DNA from: a virus
Lineage: Duplodnaviria > Caudoviricetes
Virus record (IMG/VR): IMGVR_UViG_3300020154_000006
Location: 1 to 48,758 of that record
Length of the DNA stretch: 48,758 nt
Reading direction: 5' to 3' (one strand)
A program made the position numbers and the translations under genes. Position 1 is the stretch's first letter. The number at the start of each line of letters is the position of its first letter. Positions 1-9,558 of the stretch are shown here, piece by piece. The notes under the pieces were generated by a model. That model saw only the letters and a list, made by a program, of their open reading frames with translations. It was not told the origin of the DNA and did not search any database.

Positions 1-309
1 GAGGCCGCCCCACTGCCGATACCGGCAGAAGGGGCTTCAGGTAACGCCATGCGCCATCGCTCAGGTTGCTCGGATAACGCTTCTTCCGCTTTTTTGATTC
101 ATGAAGAACCTAACTGATAATAAAATTTCAACAGTCTAAATTTGAAATACGAAATTTCCAAACAGCTTCTAAGTGAGGATGATTTACGGCAAACGGTAGA
201 TCGGGGGCTTAATCTGCGTCGGCTTGTTGGTAAAGCTGCATGACAAATACTATATGTTGTATATCGCTCAGCTGGGCAAGATACAATATATAGTATGTAG
301 GGAATTCTT

Positions 310-801
310 GTGGCTATTAAAAAAGATAATGGTAAATGGAAGTTGGATATCCGTCCTAATGGTATAAAAGGTAAACGGATCATTAAATTGTTTGATACTA
401 AAGCCCAAGCTATGCAGTATCAAAATCAGCTTCTTTCAGGTCGATTTGATATACAGGGCGATCAGCCCCTTGCTGATAATCGACAATTAAATGAGTTAAT
501 CCAGATTTGGTATGACTTGCACGGTAGAAGTTTGAAATCGGCGGTTGATACCAAAAACCGGCTTTTTAAGCTGTCGGAGTTCCTGGGTGATCCTGTGGCT
601 AGATTGATCAATCCTGAATTATTGGCACAATACAGAAAAACTAGATTGGATGCCGGCATTTCTCCCGCCACTTTAAACCGTGAATTGATTACTTTAAAAG
701 CGCTGTTCAGGGAACTTAAAAGGTTGTCTGTGATTGATTATGAATCGCCTCTTCTGGTTGTGCGTAAACTACGTGAAGAAAAAACCGAGTTGTCTTATTA
801 A
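310..801 (+). pseudogene. int: Tyrosine integrase (P2/186/HP1-like), N-terminal part, interrupted by the Mu-like prophage
   Basis: GTG start; N-terminus KWKLDIRPNGIKGKRIIKLFDTKAQA and SPATLNRELITLKALF are typical of P2-family integrases. The frame ends at ...EKTELSY-TAA, where TAA is the first 3 bp of the prophage, and continues in frame at 40681. Confidence 0.92.
793..798 (+). repeat. Left target-site duplication TCTTAT
   Basis: Identical TCTTAT at 40675-40680. Removing 799-40680 restores an unbroken integrase frame. Confidence 0.9.
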
Positions 802-842
802 TTAGAGACGAGATATTTGATCAATGATCAGCGAGATATTTA
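799..842 (+). repeat. Left-end putative transposase binding sites
   Basis: CGAGATATTT at 809 and 832 matches the inverted right-end CGCGATATTT repeats. The first site lies 10 bp from the terminus at both ends. Confidence 0.75.
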
Positions 843-927
843 GAAATAAAACGAAATAATAGGAAGTAAAACGAAACAGAAAATAAAAATTTGTTTCGTA
901 TTGTGCAATAAAAAACAATTAAAATTT

Positions 928-1380
928 TTACTCACGTGCATCTCTCAGATAGCGATTGATGATAGATAAAATTTCGTTTTTGTCATCTTCTGAAACGCCC
1001 AGAAACGGCCGAGCAGGAATATCGCCCCACAAATACGGAAATTCGTCTTTGCCGCCGCCGAACTGCTGCATGGCGGCATATTCCATCGGACTGCCGATCT
1101 CCAGCGCGTCATTGCCGATCAAATTATAGTAGATCTCATCCATCAATTTGCCGGTTTCGCCAGTTAACGGCTGATCGCGGCCCTTGCGCTCGATTGTGAC
1201 TAGGCTGTTGGCCGGCCAGCGTTGCCCATCTGGGCCAGTTTGGGAACCAAAGCGCTGTTTGGTCGATTCGGTCAGTATTTCGCCAATTTCTGTGAGCGCT
1301 GGCTGCAGATTGCCCGTGGCTCGCTGCAGATTTTGCAGAGCCTCCAATATGTCTCGGTCATTGTATTCAATAGTGATCAT
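928..1380 (-). CDS. Phage virion morphogenesis protein (Mu gpG / tail completion S-like)
   Basis: RFGSQTGPDGQRW, GSPMEYAAMQQFGG and IPARPFLG motifs; follows gpF. Confidence 0.9.
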   Translation of the reverse strand: MITIEYNDRDILEALQNLQRATGNLQPALTEIGEILTESTKQRFGSQTGPDGQRWPANSLVTIERKGRDQPLTGETGKLMDEIYYNLIGNDALEIGSPMEYAAMQQFGGGKDEFPYLWGDIPARPFLGVSEDDKNEILSIINRYLRDARE

Positions 1381-1407
1381 GGATTATTTATTACTGACAA
1401 TGAAAAA

Positions 1408-1436
1408 TTGAACTTGCATCAACTCTGATCTATCTT
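1408..1436 (+). promoter_or_regulatory. Putative sigma70 promoter, antisense to the head operon, upstream of the tRNA-like element
   Basis: TTGAAC (1408-1413), 17 bp spacer, TATCTT (1431-1436). Confidence 0.5.
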
Positions 1437-1449
1437 ACGAAACAGCCAT

Positions 1450-1524
1450 GGGTGGTAGTTTCCAATGGGAACGGTTGTATGCGCAATGCGCCTGCATTAT
1501 CCGGTTCGAATCCGGCGCCGCTCA
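1450..1524 (+). ncRNA. tRNA-like structured RNA candidate (not a canonical tRNA)
   Basis: Acceptor-like stem GGGTGGT (1450-1456) pairs with GCCGCTC (1517-1523), followed by A. D-like hairpin TTCC-AATG-GGAA, central hairpin 1476-1496, T-arm CCGG-TTCGAAT-CCGG (1501-1515). No 7-nt anticodon loop and no encoded CCA. Confidence 0.6.
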
Positions 1525-2808
1525 TGGTTCCCTGTCCAGTTGCACATATCTGCGCTCCTTGAGATTTTCCGGCGTCACAATGCCACCTGTCACAATAAAA
1601 TTAGAGACTACCTTTTTTCTCTGGCCGCTGTCCCTGACTTTTTCTTCATGATTGAGGCGGATGACCACCTTTCCAGCCACGCCTGGCAAATCGAAGGCAT
1701 ATAATAAAGTATTATTACCTGTATCAAGATAGGGAATAGCTTTATCTAGGTATTCAGGGAGATTGAGCCAAACATCCAATGGCAATGCCGCTCCACGATC
1801 GACCTTGCTGTCACGCACGGCATGAATGAGTTCACGGTCTCGCAACCAGATGGCGGCGTCATTCAATAACACATTGCGCTCAGCCAACGCGGAAACAGTA
1901 TCAGGATCGACGACATGCGCAACCACGCCTATGCCGGCAGGCTCCATGCTGGCAGCGGCAACCGCTACCATATTGCGCACCGAGGCGATCTGCTCGGCTT
2001 TGAGGACCGGCTTTAGCGCCTGCCACATAGCAGCCCCAACGGGTGCCGGAAAGCGGATCAGCTTTTGGTCGATCAGGTCTTTCAGTGGCGCTGTTCGATT
2101 CGCGCCGGGCGCGTAATCCCAGCCATAATCGACGCCCTTGGGCAGCACATGGCGGCCGCCGTTGCGGTCCTCCTTGACGTAAACGCCCTCGTCGGGCGCC
2201 TCGGCGCCTTCGTATTCAGAGGCCCGCACGGCGGTCACGCGGCAGCGGCAGCCCCAGCCGTTGGGCGGAAAGTGCGCCTGCCACCAGGGGTCGTCATGTT
2301 TCAGCACCATCCCGGACCAGCTCTGATGCAAGGGGCGCGGGTGGGCGACCGTGTCATTATGGACGTATTTCCAGTACGGACGGTTTTTCAACAGATCGGG
2401 ATTGTTGAGCTGCTGCCAGCGGCCGGCGGCATAGCTGGCCGCCATGTTGGTTTTGTAGATCACGCGCGTGCGCCAATCGCGGCCGGCCTGCGTGTCGCTG
2501 CCGGTCCAGCCCTCCCAGCCGTGTTTCTGCACGATGGCTTTGAACTCCTTGCGGAACCACTGGATGCTCTTACCCTCGGCGATGGACTGATCGACGGCCA
2601 TGCGCAGGTCGGCCAGCAGATCGGCCTTGGCGGCACCGGCCACGACAAACGCGCGGTCATGGGCCGCCTTCAGAATGTCGTCAAAATGCTCGGTCGGCAG
2701 GTTCAGTTTTTGCCGGAAGAAGTCGAGCTGTTCCTGGAACGGCTTGTTAAACGTGTCGTCGCCGCGTGCGTTAAACGCGAGTTGGGTGGGGGAGAGGTTT
2801 AACGGCAT
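1522..2808 (-). CDS. Mu gpF (MuF) head morphogenesis protein with C-terminal putative PBECR-type nuclease extension
   Basis: MuF motifs HDRAFVVAGA, RPYWKYVH, RPLHQSW and PPNGWGCRCRV, plus an extra ~170 aa C-terminal domain (HAVRDSK...LPEYLDKA..YLDTGNNTLLY). Confidence 0.88.
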   Translation of the reverse strand: MPLNLSPTQLAFNARGDDTFNKPFQEQLDFFRQKLNLPTEHFDDILKAAHDRAFVVAGAAKADLLADLRMAVDQSIAEGKSIQWFRKEFKAIVQKHGWEGWTGSDTQAGRDWRTRVIYKTNMAASYAAGRWQQLNNPDLLKNRPYWKYVHNDTVAHPRPLHQSWSGMVLKHDDPWWQAHFPPNGWGCRCRVTAVRASEYEGAEAPDEGVYVKEDRNGGRHVLPKGVDYGWDYAPGANRTAPLKDLIDQKLIRFPAPVGAAMWQALKPVLKAEQIASVRNMVAVAAASMEPAGIGVVAHVVDPDTVSALAERNVLLNDAAIWLRDRELIHAVRDSKVDRGAALPLDVWLNLPEYLDKAIPYLDTGNNTLLYAFDLPGVAGKVVIRLNHEEKVRDSGQRKKVVSNFIVTGGIVTPENLKERRYVQLDREP

Positions 2809-2811
2809 AAT

Positions 2812-3768
<957 letters not shown>

Positions 3769-3808
3769 GCGGTATCGTTTCCATAGCAAGCTTTTAAGTA
3801 TTGATAAT

Positions 3809-5398
3809 TTATTTTTCTTCAGTGACGTCGAAGCGCCCCGACAGCTCGGCCGCCGCAAAGGCCAGCTGCATGACCTTGACCAATTCATTACTGTCCATGG
3901 CGCCGTAACTGCTCAACAGCTCATCGCGCAATGCTTCCAGGCTGCCTGCCTGCTCGACCTTTCTGCCGATCGCGTCCACCCAGCCCTTGATCGAGGCGCC
4001 AGCAGCTGCAGACAGAAGCTCAGTCTGTGCATCGACCGGCGTATTGTCGATATCGTCCGGCTGAGCGGGTTTGTTCTGTTCTCCCGCCAGCGCCGCCAAT
4101 GAGGCCGCCGCCTGCGGGGCCGGTTCGGCGGGTAGGGATTGGGGCCATGCCGTTAAAATAGCTTCACCTTCCTCGGGCTCGGGGATCTTCAGTTTCTTGT
4201 TCACATAACTGACCGGAATTCGGGCGCCGGCGGCGGCCAACTTGGGCAGGGCTTCGGCATACAGCGACAAATCGTCCGGCTCCTGCGTGTCGCTGACGAA
4301 ACTCGGGCAGCGGTTGTCCGCGAATAGCCCGTTGAGCATGGCCATCGGATAGACCAGGTGCGCGGACAGCGTCTGATCGAGCTGCGTGGCGTCGTCGTCG
4401 CGGATATCCAGACGCACTTCATTATGGACATCGCCCAGGGAGCGGTTGCCGTTGGCGCCGGTGGAACTGGTCAGCGTGCCGCCCAGGATCGCCTTCGATT
4501 GACTGGCCTCGCACCAGTCGATCATGATTTTGAACGAGTCGGCATTGCCGCTGGCCAGCACCGATTGCAGCTCCAGCTGCATGCTGTCGGGGATGATGCC
4601 GGCGGCATTATGGCCGATGCTCAGCACCGTGCGTAATAAATCCTTTTTTTCCTTATCGCTGGCCGTGGCCGGGTATTTGCCGACGCGGATCGGCAGGCCG
4701 TAGATTTCCAGGAACTCGGCCAGATCGCGCACCGAGTAATTCTTGAACAGATACGGCCAGGCCAGCGAACGATACAGCCCGGTCCGGGCGATGTAGCCGG
4801 CGCGGGACTTATGCTGGTGCACGATCCAGCTAAACGGCTGCAGCGGCACGCCGTAACTGGAACCGGTGTCGCGCAGATGCAGCGTGTTGCGTTGGTCGGG
4901 CGGGCAGGTGAACCAGGACGGCGGGCGGTGCTCGATCTGGTTCGGGAACCAAAGCCCTTGCGCGGTGCGGCCCCAGCCCAGCTCGATGCAGGAATAGCTA
5001 TGGCCTATGGCGTCCAGGGCGTCCATACGGATACCACCGATGTCCAGCTCGTCGCGGATCAGGTCTTCCAGCAACTGGGTGTTGGCTTCTTCCTTGGCCG
5101 TGGCGTTGCGCGGCGGTTCCAGCGTCCAGTCCAGCTTTTTTACCGCCATTTCGCGCTTGTGCATTTCGGCGTCGATATGCGCGTCCTTCTCGCGCATGTC
5201 CATGAACAGCTCGGCCTGGGCAATCATATCGCCTTCCTCGGCGGCCAGCAGGATGCTTGCCAGCTGGGCCGGCGTCAGCCCTTTCGAAGGGTGGCCTGCG
5301 AACTCGCGGTGCAGCGGGGCGGCGCGCGGCGAGTCGGTCTGCCGATCCCTGACCATGAGCGGGGTCAGCTTTTGTTTAAACCAATCAAAAAATTGCAT
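3809..5398 (-). CDS. Portal protein (Mu gp29, DUF935)
   Basis: GLTPAQLASILLAAEEGD, FLEIYGLPIRVGKYP, SKAILGGTLTS and LGDVHNEVR motifs. Confidence 0.95.
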   Translation of the reverse strand: MQFFDWFKQKLTPLMVRDRQTDSPRAAPLHREFAGHPSKGLTPAQLASILLAAEEGDMIAQAELFMDMREKDAHIDAEMHKREMAVKKLDWTLEPPRNATAKEEANTQLLEDLIRDELDIGGIRMDALDAIGHSYSCIELGWGRTAQGLWFPNQIEHRPPSWFTCPPDQRNTLHLRDTGSSYGVPLQPFSWIVHQHKSRAGYIARTGLYRSLAWPYLFKNYSVRDLAEFLEIYGLPIRVGKYPATASDKEKKDLLRTVLSIGHNAAGIIPDSMQLELQSVLASGNADSFKIMIDWCEASQSKAILGGTLTSSTGANGNRSLGDVHNEVRLDIRDDDATQLDQTLSAHLVYPMAMLNGLFADNRCPSFVSDTQEPDDLSLYAEALPKLAAAGARIPVSYVNKKLKIPEPEEGEAILTAWPQSLPAEPAPQAAASLAALAGEQNKPAQPDDIDNTPVDAQTELLSAAAGASIKGWVDAIGRKVEQAGSLEALRDELLSSYGAMDSNELVKVMQLAFAAAELSGRFDVTEEK

Positions 5399-5400
5399 GT

Positions 5401-6822
5401 TTACCAGGCTCCATCGCGCTCAGTTTCTAAATCGTCTTTTTCCCAGTAACGGTCATTCTTGCTGGGAATGGGGGTGTATTCGATCATCGAGGCCGGCGTC
5501 GATCCGGCGTGAACGCCCAACGCACAGGCCCAGAATCGGTCGGCGTGGCCGTTTTCCGAGCGTTCGGCCGTGAAACGGATATTGCCGGACGGCGTGACGG
5601 ACTTGGTGACCGCCCGCAAATCGGCGCGTATCTCCGGCTCATACGGAATGCGCAGCTTGCGATCTTCCATCGCGCCGCGCAGCGGATAGGCCAGCGCCTC
5701 TTTTACCGAGGCCGAAAACGTCACCAGCTCAACGCGGTATTGGCCAAACTGCTTTTGCGCATCATCACCCCAGCCGATCCCCATGCCGGTATAGTCGATG
5801 CAGCAACGCGACAACACTGCCAGCCAGGGCCACAACACCTTTTCCTGATCCGGCTTGCTCATTTTCTTGAGCGTGATGATCTTGCGGGTATACAGCACAT
5901 CGCCCAGCCGCTCGAAGATCCACAACACCGTCAAATCCTTGGTGCGTCCGATATCCAGTCCGCCGTACAATTCACGGCCCTTGGCCTGATCCAGTTCGAT
6001 TTCCCACGGCTCGCCGCTGGCATATTCGGCGCTGGCGATCAGGTCATATTCCAGGAAGGCCGCATCATCATCGGCCGGATCACACATGTATTCCTGCTGG
6101 AAGCTTTCCTCATCGGCGCATCCGGACTTGATGAAATCGAAATAATCCGCCTCCACCATTGCCTGCACTTCATGATCGGCCGGCAACGTGCGCTGCAGCT
6201 TGTATAAAAACCCTTGATCCAGCGCATCCTGGAGCGTCACCCGGTGCAGGCTGATCTTTTTTGGATTGCCGTGCTCGCGCACCTCGCGGATCAACTGATT
6301 GAAAAAATTATGGCTGCCCCGATGCGTCGATATCAGCTCCATGGAACCGCCCCAGGTAATACCGGGGTATGCAATCGACCACAGCTTTCGGGGATCGGGA
6401 TGCAGTGCGAACTCATCCAGGATACGGCCGCCACGCTTGCCGGCCTGCGCGTCCGGATTGCTGGACATGCTATGAATGCGCTTGCCCGAGGCGAATTCCA
6501 GCACGTAAGCGGTTAATTTGGCCTTTTCGTCGATGACCTTCTCGCCCAAATCCTGAGCAGCGATTTGCAGGATTTTTGCGAACATCTTGCAGTCTTCGAT
6601 AAACAGCCGGGCTTGCAGATCGTCACGGCTGGAAACCCACTGGTCCCAACGTTGGCCCGCCATGGCCGTGCGTTCATCAGCCTTGTAGGCCGTCGACCAG
6701 CTAATGCCGATCTGGCGGGATTTTTCCATCAGCTTCAGGCGCGAATCGTCCTTGATCCAGCGCTCCTGAAACGGCAAGAAAATCGCGTCGGGATTGGCCG
6801 GAATGATCTTGGCGTTGCCCAT
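5401..6822 (-). CDS. Terminase large subunit (Mu gp28-like)
   Basis: EKSRQIGISW Walker A, ILDEFA Walker B, GLDIGRTKD and GHADRFWA nuclease motifs. Confidence 0.95.
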   Translation of the reverse strand: MGNAKIIPANPDAIFLPFQERWIKDDSRLKLMEKSRQIGISWSTAYKADERTAMAGQRWDQWVSSRDDLQARLFIEDCKMFAKILQIAAQDLGEKVIDEKAKLTAYVLEFASGKRIHSMSSNPDAQAGKRGGRILDEFALHPDPRKLWSIAYPGITWGGSMELISTHRGSHNFFNQLIREVREHGNPKKISLHRVTLQDALDQGFLYKLQRTLPADHEVQAMVEADYFDFIKSGCADEESFQQEYMCDPADDDAAFLEYDLIASAEYASGEPWEIELDQAKGRELYGGLDIGRTKDLTVLWIFERLGDVLYTRKIITLKKMSKPDQEKVLWPWLAVLSRCCIDYTGMGIGWGDDAQKQFGQYRVELVTFSASVKEALAYPLRGAMEDRKLRIPYEPEIRADLRAVTKSVTPSGNIRFTAERSENGHADRFWACALGVHAGSTPASMIEYTPIPSKNDRYWEKDDLETERDGAW

Positions 6823-7376
6823 TAGCCGACCATGCCCAGCGCTTCACGGATGCGCGCGATACCTTGTTCGGACACGCCTTCGGCCTTGGCGGCGCTGGCG
6901 GCGGCCTGCACGGCCTCTTCACGTGCCTGGCGCCTGGCTTCAGCCTCAAACTCTTTTTTCCACTTGGCGCTACCGATCGCGCCGCGATTCAGGTCAGTAC
7001 TAGCCCGCACCAACTTCGGAATCGCTGCGATACGATCAGCTACCTCCATGCCATCCATCTCCTCAAACAAATCCAGAATCTGATCCATGGCGACGATTTC
7101 ATTGGCCTCCATTAACATCGCCTTTTCCTCATCGGATACGCCTCCCAATGCCCTGAAACCTTCAAGACGTGCGCGCGCTCGATTGACCGATTTCTCTATG
7201 CTGGCTTTCAGCTTATGCCCATGGTTCCAAACCGCTTTGGGGCCAATTTGATACCCTTGCTCAGCAAGCCATGCCGACAGCCCCAAATAATCACCGAAAC
7301 CGTTACGAACCAGCTTTTCGTCCAATTCAATGCGAATCGGCTCCGGCAATTTATCGACAGCGGGACGCGGCGCCAT
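6822..7376 (-). CDS. DUF3486 / Mu gp27-like protein (probable terminase small subunit)
   Basis: Start MAPRPAVDKLPEPIRIELD is coupled to the gp26 stop; C-terminal GVSEQGIARIREALG; directly precedes the large subunit. Confidence 0.85.
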   Translation of the reverse strand: MAPRPAVDKLPEPIRIELDEKLVRNGFGDYLGLSAWLAEQGYQIGPKAVWNHGHKLKASIEKSVNRARARLEGFRALGGVSDEEKAMLMEANEIVAMDQILDLFEEMDGMEVADRIAAIPKLVRASTDLNRGAIGSAKWKKEFEAEARRQAREEAVQAAASAAKAEGVSEQGIARIREALGMVG

Positions 7377-7678
7377 TACCGGGCTCCGGGCTCCGGCCGC
7401 GCAACGCCCGGAACCGTTGACAATCCCTGCCGCACATCGCCGCCTTTCGCCGTCAAGGTCGCCAGCCAAATGCCACCATCCGGTTGCTTAGCCAGCACCA
7501 GACCTTGCTCATGCAACCATTGCAAATCCGACCGTAAAACATCCGTGCTGGCTGCCTGGCCTTGCTCGATCAGGGCTTTCTTCAAATCTATCTCATGCAG
7601 CGTATAGGCATTGGCTGCCGCCAGCAGGGTCAAAATAGCCAGCCGCCGATGAGCGATCATGTGCTCGTTGTAATTCAT
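7376..7678 (-). CDS. Mu gp26-like winged-helix protein
   Basis: RRLAILTLL...DLQWLHEQGLV...LTAKGGDV.QG...VPGVARPEP. Confidence 0.85.
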   Translation of the reverse strand: MNYNEHMIAHRRLAILTLLAAANAYTLHEIDLKKALIEQGQAASTDVLRSDLQWLHEQGLVLAKQPDGGIWLATLTAKGGDVRQGLSTVPGVARPEPGAR

Positions 7679-7689
7679 CGCTATTTCCT

Positions 7690-8046
7690 CTAGTTGTTAT
7701 TACGCCAGAATGAATCCATCCGGTGAGTCAGCTCTTTCACGTTGTCCAGCCGCTCATGGACTCGTTCCAATGTCGCGCCCATCGCGTTGACCGCGTCGGT
7801 GACCTTGCGAATCTCGCGGTAAACCTCCGCCAGATGATCGTGCGTCGGCCGATTAGTCAGCGCCGTTTCCACACGCGTCAGCCGGTCGGAATGCCCATCC
7901 AGCCGGTTGTCTATCCGCTCTTCGAGCTGGCTGATACGCAGATGCGTTTTGTCATTACGCCGGTCCAGATACAGCCATACGCCAAACGCCGCCATGGCGA
8001 TCTTGTAAATCACATCCAGCCATTCGCCGAATAGTCCTATGTCCAT
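7690..8046 (-). CDS. Mu gp25-like (DUF2730-type) membrane-anchored coiled-coil protein
   Basis: N-terminal TM helix, RLTRVETALTNRPTHDHL, position upstream of gp26, GAGG RBS. Confidence 0.75.
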   Translation of the reverse strand: MDIGLFGEWLDVIYKIAMAAFGVWLYLDRRNDKTHLRISQLEERIDNRLDGHSDRLTRVETALTNRPTHDHLAEVYREIRKVTDAVNAMGATLERVHERLDNVKELTHRMDSFWRNNN

Positions 8047-8076
8047 AGATATCGCCTCGCTGCGATCCTTGTTATT

Positions 8077-8243
8077 TTAACGGTCGACGTCCGGCATTTG
8101 GCGCCGCTTGATGTGCCTATGGGCGGCCGAGGCGGCGGCCAGCTTGGCGCCGGATCGCGACCGGCGATTGCCTAACGCCACGCAGGCCACCAGCAGAATG
8201 GCCAGGCTGGGCGCTGCCAATAATATGATGAGCGCGACCACTA
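8077..8243 (-). CDS. Small hydrophobic protein (lysis-region accessory), start uncertain
   Basis: VVALIILLAAPSLAILLVACVALG followed by a basic tail; abuts the upstream small ORF. Confidence 0.4.
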
Positions 8244-8381
8244 CCAGCCCCTGACCTCGAAACGGCAGCGCCGGCACTTTTGCCTGTATCGGCCTACGGC
8301 AGGAACAGAACCCGTATAAATAACCGGTACGCTGGTTAAGGCGACCATAGCCACCCATCCAAAGCCACGAAAGCCGATCAT
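8241..8381 (-). CDS. Small protein (46 aa), one hydrophobic segment and a basic C-terminus
   Basis: ATGA overlap with the stop of the upstream holin-like gene; MIGFRGFGWVAMVALTSVPVIY... Confidence 0.4.
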   Translation of the reverse strand: MIGFRGFGWVAMVALTSVPVIYTGSVPAVGRYRQKCRRCRFEVRGW

Positions 8382-8554
8382 GACTGACCGCCTTGGCTGT
8401 TCACCATGCGCTTGAATTTGCGATCGATGCCGATATAGCCCATGCCGTTGGTCACGATCATGGCGGCGGAATCCGCGTCGAACAGGCCCAGGGCAAAACC
8501 GCCAAGGCCCATGGCAATGGCCAGCCAGCCGGCCGTTTTCGTGACCCAGCTCAT
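8378..8554 (-). CDS. Putative holin (58 aa, not in the ORF track)
   Basis: MSWVTKTAGWLAIAMGLGGFALGLFDADSAAMIVTNGMGYIGIDRKFKRMVNSQGGQS: two hydrophobic segments and a basic tail; TAATG coupling to the upstream gene; close to the endolysin. Confidence 0.6.
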   Translation of the reverse strand: MSWVTKTAGWLAIAMGLGGFALGLFDADSAAMIVTNGMGYIGIDRKFKRMVNSQGGQS

Positions 8555-8805
8555 TAGCTATGCTCCAGCACAAATTTCAAAAAACGCCGGTGCGACATAC
8601 TGTTCATCAGATCCAGCCATAGGCTGCCGACAACCTGCGTATCAGCCGCCAGCTGGTCTGTCAGAGCTGCCTCCCGCCGCTCATAATGCGTAACATCGGC
8701 CTTGGCACACGATAGATGGGCACGTGCCCTTGCCAGCGCGTTTCGTGTTTCCAGAAATTGCGCCCGCGCCGATGCCAGGCGTTTCTTTATTAAATGATGC
8801 TTCAC
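8554..8805 (-). CDS. Hypothetical coiled-coil protein, first gene of the leftward late operon
   Basis: GAGGAG RBS upstream of the GTG start; coupled to the holin-like gene. Confidence 0.65.
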   Translation of the reverse strand: MKHHLIKKRLASARAQFLETRNALARARAHLSCAKADVTHYERREAALTDQLAADTQVVGSLWLDLMNSMSHRRFLKFVLEHS

Positions 8806-8846
8806 AGGACTGCTCCTCTAGCGGATGAAGTGGTTAAGTAGGGGAT

Positions 8847-8920
8847 AGTCTAGGAAACAGGAGAAAAGCGCGGCATATGAAGAGCTTCATAGCCTTCGGT
8901 TATTTCGGGAGATGTATGAT
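8847..8920. promoter_or_regulatory. Bidirectional late promoter with dyad activator site TATGAAG-AG-CTTCATA
   Basis: Dyad at 8876-8891. A -10-like TATGAT (+, 8915-8920) and TAGACT (-, 8852-8847) each lie 25 bp from the 12-bp core. Same geometry as at 22708-22750. Confidence 0.7.
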
Positions 8921-8957
8921 GCCCCATCGAGACACTTCATTAATAATGGGAGACCGC

Positions 8958-9374
8958 ATGATCAACAGCCGAAATATAGACGATCTGCACCCGCGCGTTG
9001 CGGCGCTGTGCCGGGCATTTATCGCCGCCTGCGCCGAGTTGGATATTGACATCATCATCACCAGCACCTACCGCGACCATGAATCGCAAGCGGCGCTTTA
9101 TGCGCAAGGCCGCACCATGCCAGGCAGAAAAGTGACCAATGCGCGCCCCGGTCAGTCCTGGCACAACTGGCGCTGCGCGTTCGATTTCGCGCCGATCGTC
9201 AACGGCAAGATCCCCTGGAACGATGCCAACCTGTTCACCCGCTGCGGCAAAAACGCGGAATCCTGCGGACTGGAATGGGCCGGGCGCTGGAAACGCTTCC
9301 CCGAGCTGGCGCATTGCCAGGCGACCTTCGGCCTGACGCTGGCCGATTTCAGGGCAGGCAAGACGATTGCCTGA
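8958..9374 (+). CDS. Endolysin, M15-family L-Ala-D-Glu peptidase
   Basis: TYRDHESQAALYAQGRT, NARPGQSWHN..AFD and ELAHCQ Zn-peptidase motifs; GGAG RBS. Confidence 0.92.
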   Translation: MINSRNIDDLHPRVAALCRAFIAACAELDIDIIITSTYRDHESQAALYAQGRTMPGRKVTNARPGQSWHNWRCAFDFAPIVNGKIPWNDANLFTRCGKNAESCGLEWAGRWKRFPELAHCQATFGLTLADFRAGKTIA

Positions 9375-9558
9375 TGCGCAACTGCGGCGGGCGCGGATGC
9401 GCCATGCGGCAATCCGTGGCTATTTTTTAAGCAGCGGGAAAACAGAACAGGAATGGTGGGCCGTGTCCACCGACCCCAGGGAATTCAACAAAATCTGGCG
9501 GGAAATGCTCCGGCTGCCGCCGGGCGATAAGCCGCCGCCGGAACCGTTTAGGCGATGA
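9367..9558 (+). CDS. Hypothetical protein (63 aa)
   Basis: Overlaps the endolysin stop; no recognised motif. Confidence 0.45.
   Translation: MPDAQLRRARMRHAAIRGYFLSSGKTEQEWWAVSTDPREFNKIWREMLRLPPGDKPPPEPFRR

Noticed and set aside
1-117. Open frame ending TGA TAA, possibly the 3' end of a gene of the outer island
   Set aside because: Only 38 codons with no recognisable motif; cannot be supported.
791-798. Alternative left prophage end starting with TG at 791
   Set aside because: It gives no target duplication, removes 2 bp from the reconstructed integrase and breaks the 10-bp symmetry of the end binding sites.
1450-1524. Functional tRNA gene
   Set aside because: No 7-nt anticodon loop, truncated D-arm and no encoded CCA; reported as a tRNA-like RNA instead.
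3769-3888. Longer N-terminus of the MTase as given in the ORF track (start 3888)
   Set aside because: It overlaps the portal 3' end in another frame with no RBS; ATG 3768 or 3784 are more plausible.
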